Shown: positions 18,824 to 29,027 of the stretch, in pieces
Numbering within the stretch: position 1 is the stretch's first letter
How the letters are laid out: the number at the start of each line of letters is the position of its first letter
Assembly (NCBI GenBank): GCA_038727135.1
Contig: JAVYWL010000003.1
Coordinates: 169,633-233,632, forward strand
Length of the DNA stretch: 64,000 bases
Source: Candidatus Bathyarchaeia archaeon
GTDB taxonomy: Archaea > Thermoproteota > Bathyarchaeia > Bathyarchaeales > Bathycorpusculaceae
Direction of reading: 5' to 3'
The notes under the pieces: model-generated
Database searches by the model: none
What the model was told of the DNA's origin: nothing
Seen by the model: only the letters and a program-made list of their open reading frames with translations
Made by a program: the position numbers and the translations under genes

Positions 18824-20192
18824 CTCCTAAAGCCGCCAGCTGCAAGATTATTAGTCTGGATTTTCCTGGAGCCGTGAAGGTCTCTTTGAAAATGTTAGGC
18901 TTGTAATAGGTTAGGAGGGCTAGGGCGGTTATTCTAATGTCTGGTGTTCGTGTCAAGCCGATGGCTATTAGGGCGCCTTTTCCGCTGTTATGCCTAAAAG
19001 TTGCAGCAGCATAATACCCGTACTCCGGGTGTGATGGATTAGGCGGAATTAAAACTGGATTAAAAACAGGAGCGTACACTCCAAGGTTATATCGGCTAGT
19101 GATACTGTTTTGTACTCCTGGACCTGGAAGCGCTCTGCTTGCGCTTTGTTTTGACGTTGGGTAAATCCCATAATAGTTAGCGCGATAATAAGCTTCTGAT
19201 GTGAATTGGACCTGTATGCCATAATCTGCGGTTATATCCTTTGTTATCCATGTTGAATTATAAGCATAGCTCTCATTGTTTAACCCGCGCAGAAAGGCGT
19301 TTAGACCGGCAGCACCAACGCTGACTATTCCGTATATTCCGTAGCCGTTTTGTATATTGTTAAATCTATCAGTGTTTGTCACGTAAAAGAATGGGTAGCC
19401 AACAATGCTAATCCATTTCCAATTGTACTGCCTAACCTTTTTGCCTAGCGTATGACAGTAAAGAGCATAAGAGCGTTGAGAAGAATCATAACTTTGGTTT
19501 GCACGGGAGCGTCCTTCTGTATACTCTATTGGGATTGGTACAACTTCGCCGAAGGTGTTTATTATTATGGCGTCCGTGACACTTTCTGCTGGTTTTATTG
19601 TTAGTTTTATTCCATCCAGTAGGCTGAGCAGCTGGGCTGTGCTGTTCACTAAAACTATCGTTTCGAAATATGGTTTAAGAAGGTTGTAGACGTCTTGGGC
19701 TAGCATTTGCGCCGTATAGCCAGTAATCCACCATCCGTTGGCATCCGCACAATTCAATATGTATAATGTTAGGTTTTTGCCACCTTCTGAAATTTTCTGG
19801 GCAACAGTTTTGTAGGTGACGTCTGGAGAACTCACCATGTAGGATATGGATTCGGTGAAGGAGACACGCCCAACAGCGTTGGAAATCGTCCTATTAGGGC
19901 GATAAACTCCATTCTCAGTAATTTCATAAACCGTTAGGTTGTAGGCTATGTGGGGCGGGAGGCTTGCTGAAAGAACCGTTTGGAGCTCATTCCACTTGCT
20001 GTCGTCGTTGGAGAAGGCAACCTCGCTTAAATATCCACCAGTGTCGAGGTTTTTAAGAATCGTGAGGGCTAAAGCCCTTAGATTAAGCGGTGACACAGCC
20101 CTAGGTGACGGGAGAACTATAAGATAGGAGGCTATGAAGAAGGCTGAAAGCATTATAATAATGACGATTATTGATTCGATAGTCCTCATCAT
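18816..20192 (-). CDS. Pilin-like protein (N-terminal helix, no cleavable leader)
   Basis: MMRTIESIIVIIIML hydrophobic helix; lies in the pilus operon. Confidence 0.7.
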   Translation of the reverse strand: MMRTIESIIVIIIMLSAFFIASYLIVLPSPRAVSPLNLRALALTILKNLDTGGYLSEVAFSNDDSKWNELQTVLSASLPPHIAYNLTVYEITENGVYRPNRTISNAVGRVSFTESISYMVSSPDVTYKTVAQKISEGGKNLTLYILNCADANGWWITGYTAQMLAQDVYNLLKPYFETIVLVNSTAQLLSLLDGIKLTIKPAESVTDAIIINTFGEVVPIPIEYTEGRSRANQSYDSSQRSYALYCHTLGKKVRQYNWKWISIVGYPFFYVTNTDRFNNIQNGYGIYGIVSVGAAGLNAFLRGLNNESYAYNSTWITKDITADYGIQVQFTSEAYYRANYYGIYPTSKQSASRALPGPGVQNSITSRYNLGVYAPVFNPVLIPPNPSHPEYGYYAAATFRHNSGKGALIAIGLTRTPDIRITALALLTYYKPNIFKETFTAPGKSRLIILQLAALGGV

Positions 20193-20199
20193 GGCTTAT

Positions 20200-21429
20200 T
20201 CACCACCTATATCTGACCACTTGATAGCCCATCAAACTCCAGAGGGCAAGCTTCGCCGTGTATGGAACACCGCCAATCAAAACATGCCTAACATCAGTGG
20301 CAACCCACTCCCAACCGTACGGGTTACCGCCAAACTCCACACTAAAACTTAAGGATTGAACTTGCCATGGCATGACTGTAACGCCATACTCGTTGCCCTT
20401 ACGGCAAAACACGACAAGAATTCCGGGCATACCAAGGTATTCCGATGGAATTTGGGTTCGGTTGAAGGTTTTTCCATGAGTGCCTGCGCCATAATTCAAT
20501 AAGCCGCTATAGTTTCCAAGCAATTGAACATTTGCCAAGTTCCAGTCATTGTCTATGGTGAAGTAGGTTGCGTTATAAAATATGGCGCCAGAATTGGGCC
20601 ATTGTTTAACGTCAAAGGAGTGGGCAAGTATTATCATGCCAGTTTCCATGTTCTCAATGAAGGGGATGACATTTCCAGCTGTTGTTGAAGCTTGCTTGTA
20701 TATGTAGCCAACACCATGGAAGTTTCCAACTCTGGTGCTTGCAATAATTACATAGTTTTTGGAGACGTCAACATTGCTGAAAGTGAATTGCGCTTTGCCG
20801 CTCAAGTCTGTAGTTCTTGATGTGCTCCTTAAGTCAATTATTGGATGGCCGTCCGCGTCAACTCCGCTTACGTAGAGAAGCCTACATGTTACGTTCGCGT
20901 TTCCAACGGGTGAGCCAGACCCCTCAATGAAAACCGTGAGACTTATTGATTTTCCGCCACTACCCGTTTGGATGTTAGTAAAACTTACGCGAATTATCGG
21001 AGACAACAATAATCTAAAACCATACATCTCCTTTAAACCCAGCAATTCTTGGGCAGTCTCATAATCAATACACTCACGCACAGGAACCAGCAAGTAGTCT
21101 CCAGCGCCAAAAGATATGTTGCTATATTTTATTCCCGAACCAAGTGGGTACTCCACAATGGGGCCAGAGGCGGACAATAACCTCATCACTAGATATGGGT
21201 TTAGGGTGTAGGGTTCAAGGTTATAATCGCCCAGTCCGAATACGCCGGGCATGTCCCCGAAGCTAAGCAGTATGTTGTCAAGGGTGTCGCTGCACTTGGT
21301 TGCAAGGTGCACGTGAAATTGGTAGAGGAGAGCGTCGTGCATCACTTGCCCAAATAAGCCCATGAAAAGGGTGAAAGCCACTATGAGAACAGTTGTTGCG
21401 ACCAGATGATCAATGGTTGCACTTACCAT
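20200..21429 (-). CDS. Pilin-like protein (no cleavable leader)
   Basis: MVSATIDHLVATTVLIVAF helix; Ig-like segment; pilus operon. Confidence 0.7.
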   Translation of the reverse strand: MVSATIDHLVATTVLIVAFTLFMGLFGQVMHDALLYQFHVHLATKCSDTLDNILLSFGDMPGVFGLGDYNLEPYTLNPYLVMRLLSASGPIVEYPLGSGIKYSNISFGAGDYLLVPVRECIDYETAQELLGLKEMYGFRLLLSPIIRVSFTNIQTGSGGKSISLTVFIEGSGSPVGNANVTCRLLYVSGVDADGHPIIDLRSTSRTTDLSGKAQFTFSNVDVSKNYVIIASTRVGNFHGVGYIYKQASTTAGNVIPFIENMETGMIILAHSFDVKQWPNSGAIFYNATYFTIDNDWNLANVQLLGNYSGLLNYGAGTHGKTFNRTQIPSEYLGMPGILVVFCRKGNEYGVTVMPWQVQSLSFSVEFGGNPYGWEWVATDVRHVLIGGVPYTAKLALWSLMGYQVVRYRW

Positions 21430-21915
21430 TTAGCCACCCCCAAAACGGAAATGAAAGGCGCCGTTTGAATCCTTTGTCACTTCAACGAAAGCGCTTGTAG
21501 AGTTGCTGATAAAAACAGAATTTGAGTCCCAGCTCACGTTAGGTCCGAGAGTAGCATAGGCTGACACCCTAATGTTTAACCCAACAACAGCCAAGCTAAT
21601 GTTCAGCCTAGTCGCCCCACCCTCCTTTATGGGCGTTAACTCACCCCTCGCAACATAATGATAGCTATCAATGTATTTGGGCAAACCAGGATCAAAAGTT
21701 ACTGTGCCCGGCGGAATTGACTCATGGTTTAGAGAGAAGTATAACTGTTGAATAGAGTTTGCCAAGCGACTGGCAGCCGTCTCCGCCGTAAGCCTCCTTC
21801 TGGACTCAACATAGATGTTTGTAAGGGAGATTGCCATCAAAGGGAAGAGGAATATCTGCGCTATCAAAATTGGGACCATGATTACATATTCAATTGCCAC
21901 ATGCGGCATGTTCAA
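21430..21915 (-). CDS. Small pilin-like protein (no cleavable leader)
   Basis: MPHVAIEYVIMVPILIAQIF helix; pilus operon. Confidence 0.7.
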   Translation of the reverse strand: MNMPHVAIEYVIMVPILIAQIFLFPLMAISLTNIYVESRRRLTAETAASRLANSIQQLYFSLNHESIPPGTVTFDPGLPKYIDSYHYVARGELTPIKEGGATRLNISLAVVGLNIRVSAYATLGPNVSWDSNSVFISNSTSAFVEVTKDSNGAFHFRFGGG

Positions 21916-21923
21916 CCACCACC

Positions 21924-22781
21924 CTATGGATTGACACCAATGGCGACCTCCACCCTACTCAAGTAAAGAATTACCGTTGAAGAACCGCCCAGATCAATTT
22001 CCTTATCAATAATAGTTGTTGGACCTTGAGGCGATTTTGCAAAGAAGCCAGCACCATAAACTGGGGTGGTTGTTACAACAACCCTAATTTTTGTCGCATT
22101 CTTTACGTTGGAAGAGATTTGCCTAGAAGTGAATGTTACTGTGGGGTTGTTTCCCCTAGAACTGGATTCATACAATATTGGAAGGTAGAGCCTAAACTGC
22201 TTCTTTCCTGAAACATTCGCTTCCGCAATCCTTATGCAGGGATTCAAAATTAGCCTCACAAATGAACCTGTTGACAGCTTTTCGATGGCATAAACCCTTG
22301 CAACGGGTGCTGTGGCTCCGTTAAATATGAAACAATCAGCCAGAGAACTATCGGTCGGATATATTGGCTCAAAATAGCCGTCATACACGTTGTACCTTGA
22401 AATAGGCATGTTATACGCGAGAACACCTGAAACATTAGAGCTGAAGAGGTACTCGCCAGAGGCATTCCTAAAATAAATTGTAAAGGTAAGCATGTTAGGC
22501 ATAAAACTCATGCTTCCATAACTCCTTGAATACCGGAAAGTCTGGGTGCGCCACGGAACCCACGCTATATCATCTATTTGGACAGCGGCTGTCTGCATAA
22601 ATTGCCTAACAGAGGCAAATTCATTTTCCGCGATTTTTGAGTCTCGAAGATTTACGGCGAAGTTCATCGCCACAATTACAAGCACCACCACTGCCCCTGT
22701 AAGAATTACAGACGAGATCGCCGGACTAACACCTCTCCCATTTCCTTTCAGTCCGACGTTTCTTGGATGCTTAAACTTCAA
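21924..22781 (-). CDS. Minor pilin with class III signal peptide
   Basis: GRG|VSPAISSVILTGAVVVL. Confidence 0.8.
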   Translation of the reverse strand: MKFKHPRNVGLKGNGRGVSPAISSVILTGAVVVLVIVAMNFAVNLRDSKIAENEFASVRQFMQTAAVQIDDIAWVPWRTQTFRYSRSYGSMSFMPNMLTFTIYFRNASGEYLFSSNVSGVLAYNMPISRYNVYDGYFEPIYPTDSSLADCFIFNGATAPVARVYAIEKLSTGSFVRLILNPCIRIAEANVSGKKQFRLYLPILYESSSRGNNPTVTFTSRQISSNVKNATKIRVVVTTTPVYGAGFFAKSPQGPTTIIDKEIDLGGSSTVILYLSRVEVAIGVNP

Positions 22782-22800
22782 TTTCCATCCCTCTTTTGGG

Positions 22801-24504
22801 TTATAGGAACATGGGCACGAGTTTCGCGGCTAAAACAGCGATTATCACCAGTATTGCGGCGTGCTTAAACCCAGCAGCCACAGACTCCTCGCTTATTTTG
22901 CCAGCCACTATGCCTATCAGGTAGCTGTGGAAAATCACCGAAGTAGTGAAAATTGTTTTTATGCCTGTCATGTCTGCGGCTTGACTGCCTCCCGCAACTT
23001 CCCTCGTGGCGGTGGCAAAGTTCAGCATCATGAGCGTTGTTGCCACCAGAAGGATTGCAGCGAAGTAGGGCATCATCACGTAGGGGCGTGTAGCCATCTT
23101 CTTCTCCTTCTCAACCTCCTGTGTTAGGTTGTTGAACCTTGCAAGGGATTCAATCATGGCTATGGTTCCGCCCCCCACATCTATCGTCTCGACAAGAAGG
23201 AACATGACAAGTTGGGCCAGCCAGCTTTTCGTTCGCTTAACAAAGTCCATAATTACTTTCCTAACCGGAACACCCCAAGAGATTTCGGAGCTTATTTTGC
23301 GCAGTTCCTTGCTGAAAACGCCATAATCACGGTTTGATAGGCTTTCTATGCATTTCTCTGGCGACAAGCCAGTCTTCCTAACCTCTGTTAAGTCCCTTAA
23401 GAAGCTGTTGATGCCTTGCTCCATGCTTGCCCTATAACTGCTAACCTTGTGGTATACTATGGCTGCAGGAGCTGTCATAACGAAGAGGGCTATTGCTATG
23501 GCCATGGGCAAGTCTACAAGTTTTTGGATCGGACTGAGAAACGGAACTTCGATGAAGCCGAAAAAGTTGGTTAGCAACAGTAGCAGCACTATGCCGAATA
23601 TGCTGCATACTCCAAAAACCTTGTAGGGGCGCATATCCACAATTGGTGTTTTAGGCTGCATGCTGTGCGCCAGATAAATGAAGACAAGCGAGAGCATAGG
23701 CGTGAATATGTAGGTGTAGAGGATTATGCCAGACTGCATTGTAACCCCTCCTCCTCCGCCAACGTTAGGCATGCTTTCCACAGCGAAGAGAATAAAGAAG
23801 CACATGGACATCAGAACCATGACTATTATGAAGGTTTCTAGGAGCATTCCAAGCCTTTCGGCGGCAGCCTTCACCCGCATGGCCCTCGTCTTGAAAATGT
23901 CTTCAGCCTTCCTCTCAAGGAAATGCCCGATGTCTCCGCCAATTATGACTGTTGAAGCGTAGCCGGCCAGAAAATCTTTGAAAATGTCTAGGGGGTTTCT
24001 TTTAGCAGCTGTTTCTATCGCTGTTAATGGGTCTATTCCAAAGATTTCCACGTCCTTTATTATTTCCCTGGCTTCGCTTCGCATGGCTGGCATCAGCTCA
24101 ACCTCGGCTAAACGTTTAAAACTCGTGTATGGAGCTATGCCGCCTGAAGCCATAACGCTGATGTACGCGGCTACGAAGGGCATCTCCCTCTCTAGGTTTG
24201 CTGCTCTCTCCCCAGCTTTCGACAATGGTATTAGGAAGAATCCTATCATTACGTAGATTGGAAATGGAACAAGGAATATGGCTGGCAAAAAACTGAAGAA
24301 GTAAAGCAGAATTATGGAGATTATGGTCACTGGAATTGTTAAAACAGATATGAAAAGCATTAGCGAAACGTATGTTTCCGGATAGATTTTGATTTTCGCC
24401 CTTTCCAGATAGTCTTTAAATTCAACAACATGTTTTAGGAAGAAGGGTGCTACTCGTCCGAAGATGCGGAAGGACCATGCCTCAAGGGTTTCTAGAAACG
24501 GCAA
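22801..24504 (-). CDS. Type IV pilus membrane platform protein (TadC/T2SSF, duplicated domain)
   Basis: LEREMPFVAAYISVMASGG, FLRDLTEVRKTGLS, multiple TM helices. Confidence 0.92.
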   Translation of the reverse strand: MPFLETLEAWSFRIFGRVAPFFLKHVVEFKDYLERAKIKIYPETYVSLMLFISVLTIPVTIISIILLYFFSFLPAIFLVPFPIYVMIGFFLIPLSKAGERAANLEREMPFVAAYISVMASGGIAPYTSFKRLAEVELMPAMRSEAREIIKDVEIFGIDPLTAIETAAKRNPLDIFKDFLAGYASTVIIGGDIGHFLERKAEDIFKTRAMRVKAAAERLGMLLETFIIVMVLMSMCFFILFAVESMPNVGGGGGVTMQSGIILYTYIFTPMLSLVFIYLAHSMQPKTPIVDMRPYKVFGVCSIFGIVLLLLLTNFFGFIEVPFLSPIQKLVDLPMAIAIALFVMTAPAAIVYHKVSSYRASMEQGINSFLRDLTEVRKTGLSPEKCIESLSNRDYGVFSKELRKISSEISWGVPVRKVIMDFVKRTKSWLAQLVMFLLVETIDVGGGTIAMIESLARFNNLTQEVEKEKKMATRPYVMMPYFAAILLVATTLMMLNFATATREVAGGSQAADMTGIKTIFTTSVIFHSYLIGIVAGKISEESVAAGFKHAAILVIIAVLAAKLVPMFL

Positions 24505-26110
24505 CAGCTTTCACCTCCTCCCCGGCGAGAACCTTTTCATAGAACTGTTTTGGACGTGCATAGTATTCCGCTATTATTGCGGCTACGTCTCTGTAGCTTC
24601 TTATGTTGCGTTCCCGCATCCAATGTAGAATCTGCTTTCGCCTGTCAATCTCCTCCAACAAGTCTTTCTTACTTAAGCCCAGGCGCTCCGAAATTCCAGT
24701 CAGCATTATGCTTTTGTTCAGCGATGGCAAATGCTCATCCTTTACTGGGTGCCACTTGAAGGTACATCTGTAATCCCCGTAGTCCGCTATCTCGTTCACG
24801 TTCATTACACGCCTGTAGGCTTTTCTCTCGCCGGACTTTTGTAGGTGCACCCTCTGGACTGACAAGACAATGTTCATCAGCGGAATGTAGGCTGGCGCGA
24901 TGTCCATTGGTTTCTGAGTTAAACGTTTTATGGCAGAGTCTAAGTTTTCAGCGTGCATAGTGCACATGCCACCGTGGCCTGTGGCAAGCGCCTGGAAAAG
25001 CACGTAGGCTTCTTGTCCTCTAACCTCACCTACTATGAGCACGTCTGGACGGTGCCTCATGGAGGTTTTAACAAGGTCGAAGAGGGTTACTTCTCCAACG
25101 CTGCTCCCGCCGAGCCCGTAGCTTTGTCTGGCTATGAGGGAAACCCAGTTTTCGTGGGGGAGGTTAAGCTCCGCCGTCTCTTCTATAGTGATTATTTTGC
25201 TTCCAGGTCTGATTAGGCATGCTAAAGCGTTTAGGGCTGTTGTTTTCCCGGCTGCCGTTCCTCCCAAAACCATTATTGAGGCCCTGTTTTCTAGGCACAG
25301 CCAGAAGTAGGCAGCCATCTCCTCGGAGAAGGTGCCCAAGTTTATGAGATCTATTATCGAGTATGGGTCTTCCCTAAACTTTCGAATCGTGAAGGCTGTG
25401 CCGAAAGGCGTAATTTCACGCCTGTAACAGACTGCAAGCCTATGCTTTCCAGGAAGCGATGCGTCCACGATTGGGAAGGCTGAGCTTACGTGTTTTCCAG
25501 CCATGTGGACGAGCTTAACAACCATGTTGTCAAGCTCTTCATCGTTCTCAAATTCCAAGTTTGTTTCTATGCTTTCATAGTTTCTATGCCAAACGTAAAC
25601 GGGCTTGTTCACTCCGTCGCATGAAATATCCTCAATGTTTGGGTCTCGCATTAATGGGTCTATTCTTCCGAAGCCTACAAGATCCCTTTCAGCGTGGTAG
25701 AGAATCTTGTACCATGAAACGTCAGGAAGCCACCCTAGGCTTATGCGGTATTTATCGACAATTTTTTTGGCTTCTTCGGCGAAGAACTTTCTGGGGTCGA
25801 CTATTTCCTCTTTAGGAGACTCTATTTCTGCAAGAAGTATCTCTAGAATGCGGTTGTAAACGCTCCTTTCTAAAGGGTCGAGCTGTAACTCGTCCAAAAT
25901 GTACTTGTACTCGCCAGTCTTTGGATTTTGGACTATGGCTACGTGGGCGAAGGGTTCGTAAAGCGGATAACGCTCAACAACCTTGAAGCCTTTAGGAATA
26001 GGCTTTGGCGGGGGTGGTGGAATAGCCACTTTCTTGGGCTTTCCAATGTTGATTTTTATCCTTATTTTTCTGATTTTTGCGAGTTTTTCTTTGAGGCGTA
26101 GTTTGGTCAT
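24482..26110 (-). CDS. Type IV pilus assembly ATPase (VirB11/TadA/FlaI family)
   Basis: GGTAAGKTT, IEETAEL, RHRPDVLIVGEVRG, TGHGGMCTMHA. Confidence 0.95.
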   Translation of the reverse strand: MTKLRLKEKLAKIRKIRIKINIGKPKKVAIPPPPPKPIPKGFKVVERYPLYEPFAHVAIVQNPKTGEYKYILDELQLDPLERSVYNRILEILLAEIESPKEEIVDPRKFFAEEAKKIVDKYRISLGWLPDVSWYKILYHAERDLVGFGRIDPLMRDPNIEDISCDGVNKPVYVWHRNYESIETNLEFENDEELDNMVVKLVHMAGKHVSSAFPIVDASLPGKHRLAVCYRREITPFGTAFTIRKFREDPYSIIDLINLGTFSEEMAAYFWLCLENRASIMVLGGTAAGKTTALNALACLIRPGSKIITIEETAELNLPHENWVSLIARQSYGLGGSSVGEVTLFDLVKTSMRHRPDVLIVGEVRGQEAYVLFQALATGHGGMCTMHAENLDSAIKRLTQKPMDIAPAYIPLMNIVLSVQRVHLQKSGERKAYRRVMNVNEIADYGDYRCTFKWHPVKDEHLPSLNKSIMLTGISERLGLSKKDLLEEIDRRKQILHWMRERNIRSYRDVAAIIAEYYARPKQFYEKVLAGEEVKAVAVSRNP

Positions 26111-26169
26111 GTGTCTTCTCCTGTACTTATGTTATATATCTATACACTTTGGTTATTAAATATTACGTC

Positions 26170-28848
26170 TTACGAAACGCTACCTTCCTCTTCTTCCCCA
26201 CCAAACGAAACCTGAATAACCCCCAACTTCACCAGGACAACAATAACAACCACCAGCACCACTGGAATAAGCACAAGCAAAATCGTAAGCCAAGGTATCC
26301 CACCAGCCGGAGGGACAACGGTCAAAGGCACGTAAATAGGCTGACATGTATATCCAAACTTCTCAGCATTAACCGTAACCACCAAATCCATTGCCGCATC
26401 AGTCCTCGGCGTCAAAATAGAAAACACACAATAACCATTCACGTCTGTCAAGCCTGATTGCAAAGCCTGTGTTCCTGCACTAAGAGCAACCGTAACATTG
26501 GCGGCAGCCACTGATCTGCCATTACATGTTACATAAACATGGATTTCAACAGGGCTTTCTGAAGGTACGGAGTAAGCTCCCGTAATGACGCTTATTGTCA
26601 AGACTCCTGGCTTCGCAGTTAGCATTAATGACGTTGTGTTGGTGGCAAATCCATCCTTTGAAACTGTCGCGGTTACCGTGATGTTTGTTTCCTCTGGAAC
26701 TGGTGGCGTCGTGAAACGGAAAATGGCATTTCCATAACTGTCAGTAGAATTATACGAAGGTGAAATTGTTCCGGCGGTAGCGGACAAGGTGACGTTAGCT
26801 TCTTGGACATAAAAGCCATTATGCTCAACATGCACTGTTATTGTCACAGTTTCCTCAGAAACTGTCGTATCCCTCTCGGCTGTAATTTCTATCTGGAACA
26901 TTTTTGGCGCAATTGTTATGTTTGTTTGTCCCTCGCCGTCGGCGAACCCTGCCTTTGAGACGTGGGCTACGATTGTCGTTATGATTTCTTCTGACGTTTG
27001 AGGGGCAGTGAAATAGAAAGAGGCTCTCCCATTAGAATCCGTTAGCTTTGAAGGTTCGGCGAAACTTCCGCCGTTAGTTGAGGATAAAGTAACATTGGCT
27101 CCTTCTATGGGATAGCCAACCCAAGAAACATGAACACTTATTATTGAATTCTCACCCGACAAAACTCTGGATGGTTGGGCTTCCACCATAACGCTGAGAG
27201 GTGGTAAAACTGTTAAATACTGGTGGCATGAGCCGTCTGCAAATCCACTTTTTGAAGCCCTAGCAATAATCCTAACGTCGGTTATCTCCTCAACCGATGG
27301 CGCTTTAAAAAATGTTGTAACGTAACCAGAAGAGTTCGTCAAACCGTACTGCGGCTCAAAACTTCCACCCTTAATAGAGAAGAAAGTTACATTAGCACCA
27401 CTAACCGGGTTTCCACCCTGCAAAACACGTGCCATTATTGGAACTTCTCCCCCGGATGGAACTTTATTATCCCCTTGAATAAGTTCCAAATTCAAAGATT
27501 GCAAACTAACTACAGAGACGGTTATGGAAGCTTGGCTGCTGACCTCACCGAAATCGTCCATAACCCACAGGCGAACAATATAGTTTCCAACAGTAGTGTA
27601 AGTATGGAAGAAAATTGACAGCGTAGTCCAGCCGGTGTCATGTCCGTCCCCGAAGTTGTAACGGTACTGGTCAACACGTCCATCGTCAGAAGAGTCAAAA
27701 CCAATGAAGGCAACCTCGTCACCGGGTGCAACCCTAATCTTATCAGCCCAAAGAACAGCCTTTGGCAAGCGGTTAACATAATCTATTGGCGCTGTTAGGA
27801 AGAATATAAAGTCAAGGTTAACGCCGTCGCCTCCAACAGGATTGCCCTTTCCATTCGGGTTTAACCCTTCGTGGTATGGACCGCTTGGGTCCCCCCAGTA
27901 GTTATGGGTCGCGTTTACGGAGGTTGTTGCTGAGACATCCATGCCAAAACCATTGCCAAAGATATCGTTGAAATGAGCTTCATGCCCATGTCCAGATTCA
28001 TAAAAGACTCCCACCTCATTGCTTATGATGTAGTTTCGTGTTATAACTGTGCTTGCGTTTGTGGCAACATAAAACCCATAATAGTTTGAGGAAACCGTAT
28101 TGTTTCTGATAATAAAGTAGTCCGGGTTATAGTTCTCCATGACTAGTGATATTCCGCTTTTCTCATTACGGCTTACATTATTTCTTGTTATGCTAATGTC
28201 AAAGGTTGTTAGATTCCCAGCTAATGTTATGCCATCTCCGTTCGACTCTATAATGTTTGCCTCTACTGTTACGTTGCCTCCGAATATGTAGACGCCGCTG
28301 GCAGTGTTGTTGCATATTAAGTTGTTATGTCCAATGGTCGTTGAACCATTTAACGCCGTAACTCCATTTTCAGAGTTAAATCGTATAACGCTACTTTGGA
28401 TTGTTAATTCGCCACTAGCTATTGTTACGGCACTTGATCCGTATTCTATTATGCAGTTTTCCAACAGCGAAGGAGATTGACCAGTTCCATTGAAATAGAG
28501 AGTTCCCCAGTCTCCTGGTCCGGGCGTCTCCTTATTCGAGGTGAATTTTATTAGCCTATTAAATTCCGTTGATCCTTTTGCGATGAGTCGACCATAAACG
28601 ATTATGGAGAACTTTCCGCCGAATCTTACCTCAACTCCCGGCTCTATGGTTAATGTTACGCCTTCACGGATGGTTACATTTCCAGAGAGAATAAAGGGGC
28701 TGTCAACAAGGGTCCAGATAGTGTCTACGGTGATTTCTCCTTCAAAATAGATTGCCTTCACAGCTGGAAACAGCATGTTAAACGGGAAGATGGATAAACT
28801 GAAAACTATAATGAGAATTGAAGCTAGAATTTTCATTTTGCCTTTCAT
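26170..28848 (-). CDS. Cell-surface protein: beta-helix + PKD + tandem Ig-like (Big_1-type) domains + C-terminal TM
   Basis: Signal peptide; N/G/I-rich beta-helix repeats; NATHNYWG; YRYNFGDG PKD motif; repeated GANVT...TDS.G motifs; TM helix with acidic tail. Confidence 0.82.
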   Translation of the reverse strand: MKGKMKILASILIIVFSLSIFPFNMLFPAVKAIYFEGEITVDTIWTLVDSPFILSGNVTIREGVTLTIEPGVEVRFGGKFSIIVYGRLIAKGSTEFNRLIKFTSNKETPGPGDWGTLYFNGTGQSPSLLENCIIEYGSSAVTIASGELTIQSSVIRFNSENGVTALNGSTTIGHNNLICNNTASGVYIFGGNVTVEANIIESNGDGITLAGNLTTFDISITRNNVSRNEKSGISLVMENYNPDYFIIRNNTVSSNYYGFYVATNASTVITRNYIISNEVGVFYESGHGHEAHFNDIFGNGFGMDVSATTSVNATHNYWGDPSGPYHEGLNPNGKGNPVGGDGVNLDFIFFLTAPIDYVNRLPKAVLWADKIRVAPGDEVAFIGFDSSDDGRVDQYRYNFGDGHDTGWTTLSIFFHTYTTVGNYIVRLWVMDDFGEVSSQASITVSVVSLQSLNLELIQGDNKVPSGGEVPIMARVLQGGNPVSGANVTFFSIKGGSFEPQYGLTNSSGYVTTFFKAPSVEEITDVRIIARASKSGFADGSCHQYLTVLPPLSVMVEAQPSRVLSGENSIISVHVSWVGYPIEGANVTLSSTNGGSFAEPSKLTDSNGRASFYFTAPQTSEEIITTIVAHVSKAGFADGEGQTNITIAPKMFQIEITAERDTTVSEETVTITVHVEHNGFYVQEANVTLSATAGTISPSYNSTDSYGNAIFRFTTPPVPEETNITVTATVSKDGFATNTTSLMLTAKPGVLTISVITGAYSVPSESPVEIHVYVTCNGRSVAAANVTVALSAGTQALQSGLTDVNGYCVFSILTPRTDAAMDLVVTVNAEKFGYTCQPIYVPLTVVPPAGGIPWLTILLVLIPVVLVVVIVVLVKLGVIQVSFGGEEEEGSVS

Positions 28849-29027
28849 ATGGATGCATCCATATATTGTGGTTAAACTATCCTTTTCGCCACGCTTGCTT
28901 AAGCATTATGAATTTGAAATAAAACTTGGAAATACATCATTCAAGTCTATTCTAAAGCCGCTGAAAAGCAAGAGTTTTAACATAGGGACAGCACATCATC
29001 TAGAAAACGTGAAAGCTGGCGCAAACT

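Noticed and set aside
21427-21432. In-frame TAA-ATG junction suggesting stop-codon readthrough fusion of two pilin-like genes
   Set aside because: TAA is not recoded, and each ORF has its own N-terminal hydrophobic helix; simple translational coupling explains it
15001-26110. Archaellum operon
   Set aside because: No ArlH, ArlF/G or archaellin-type sequences; the organisation is that of a pilus
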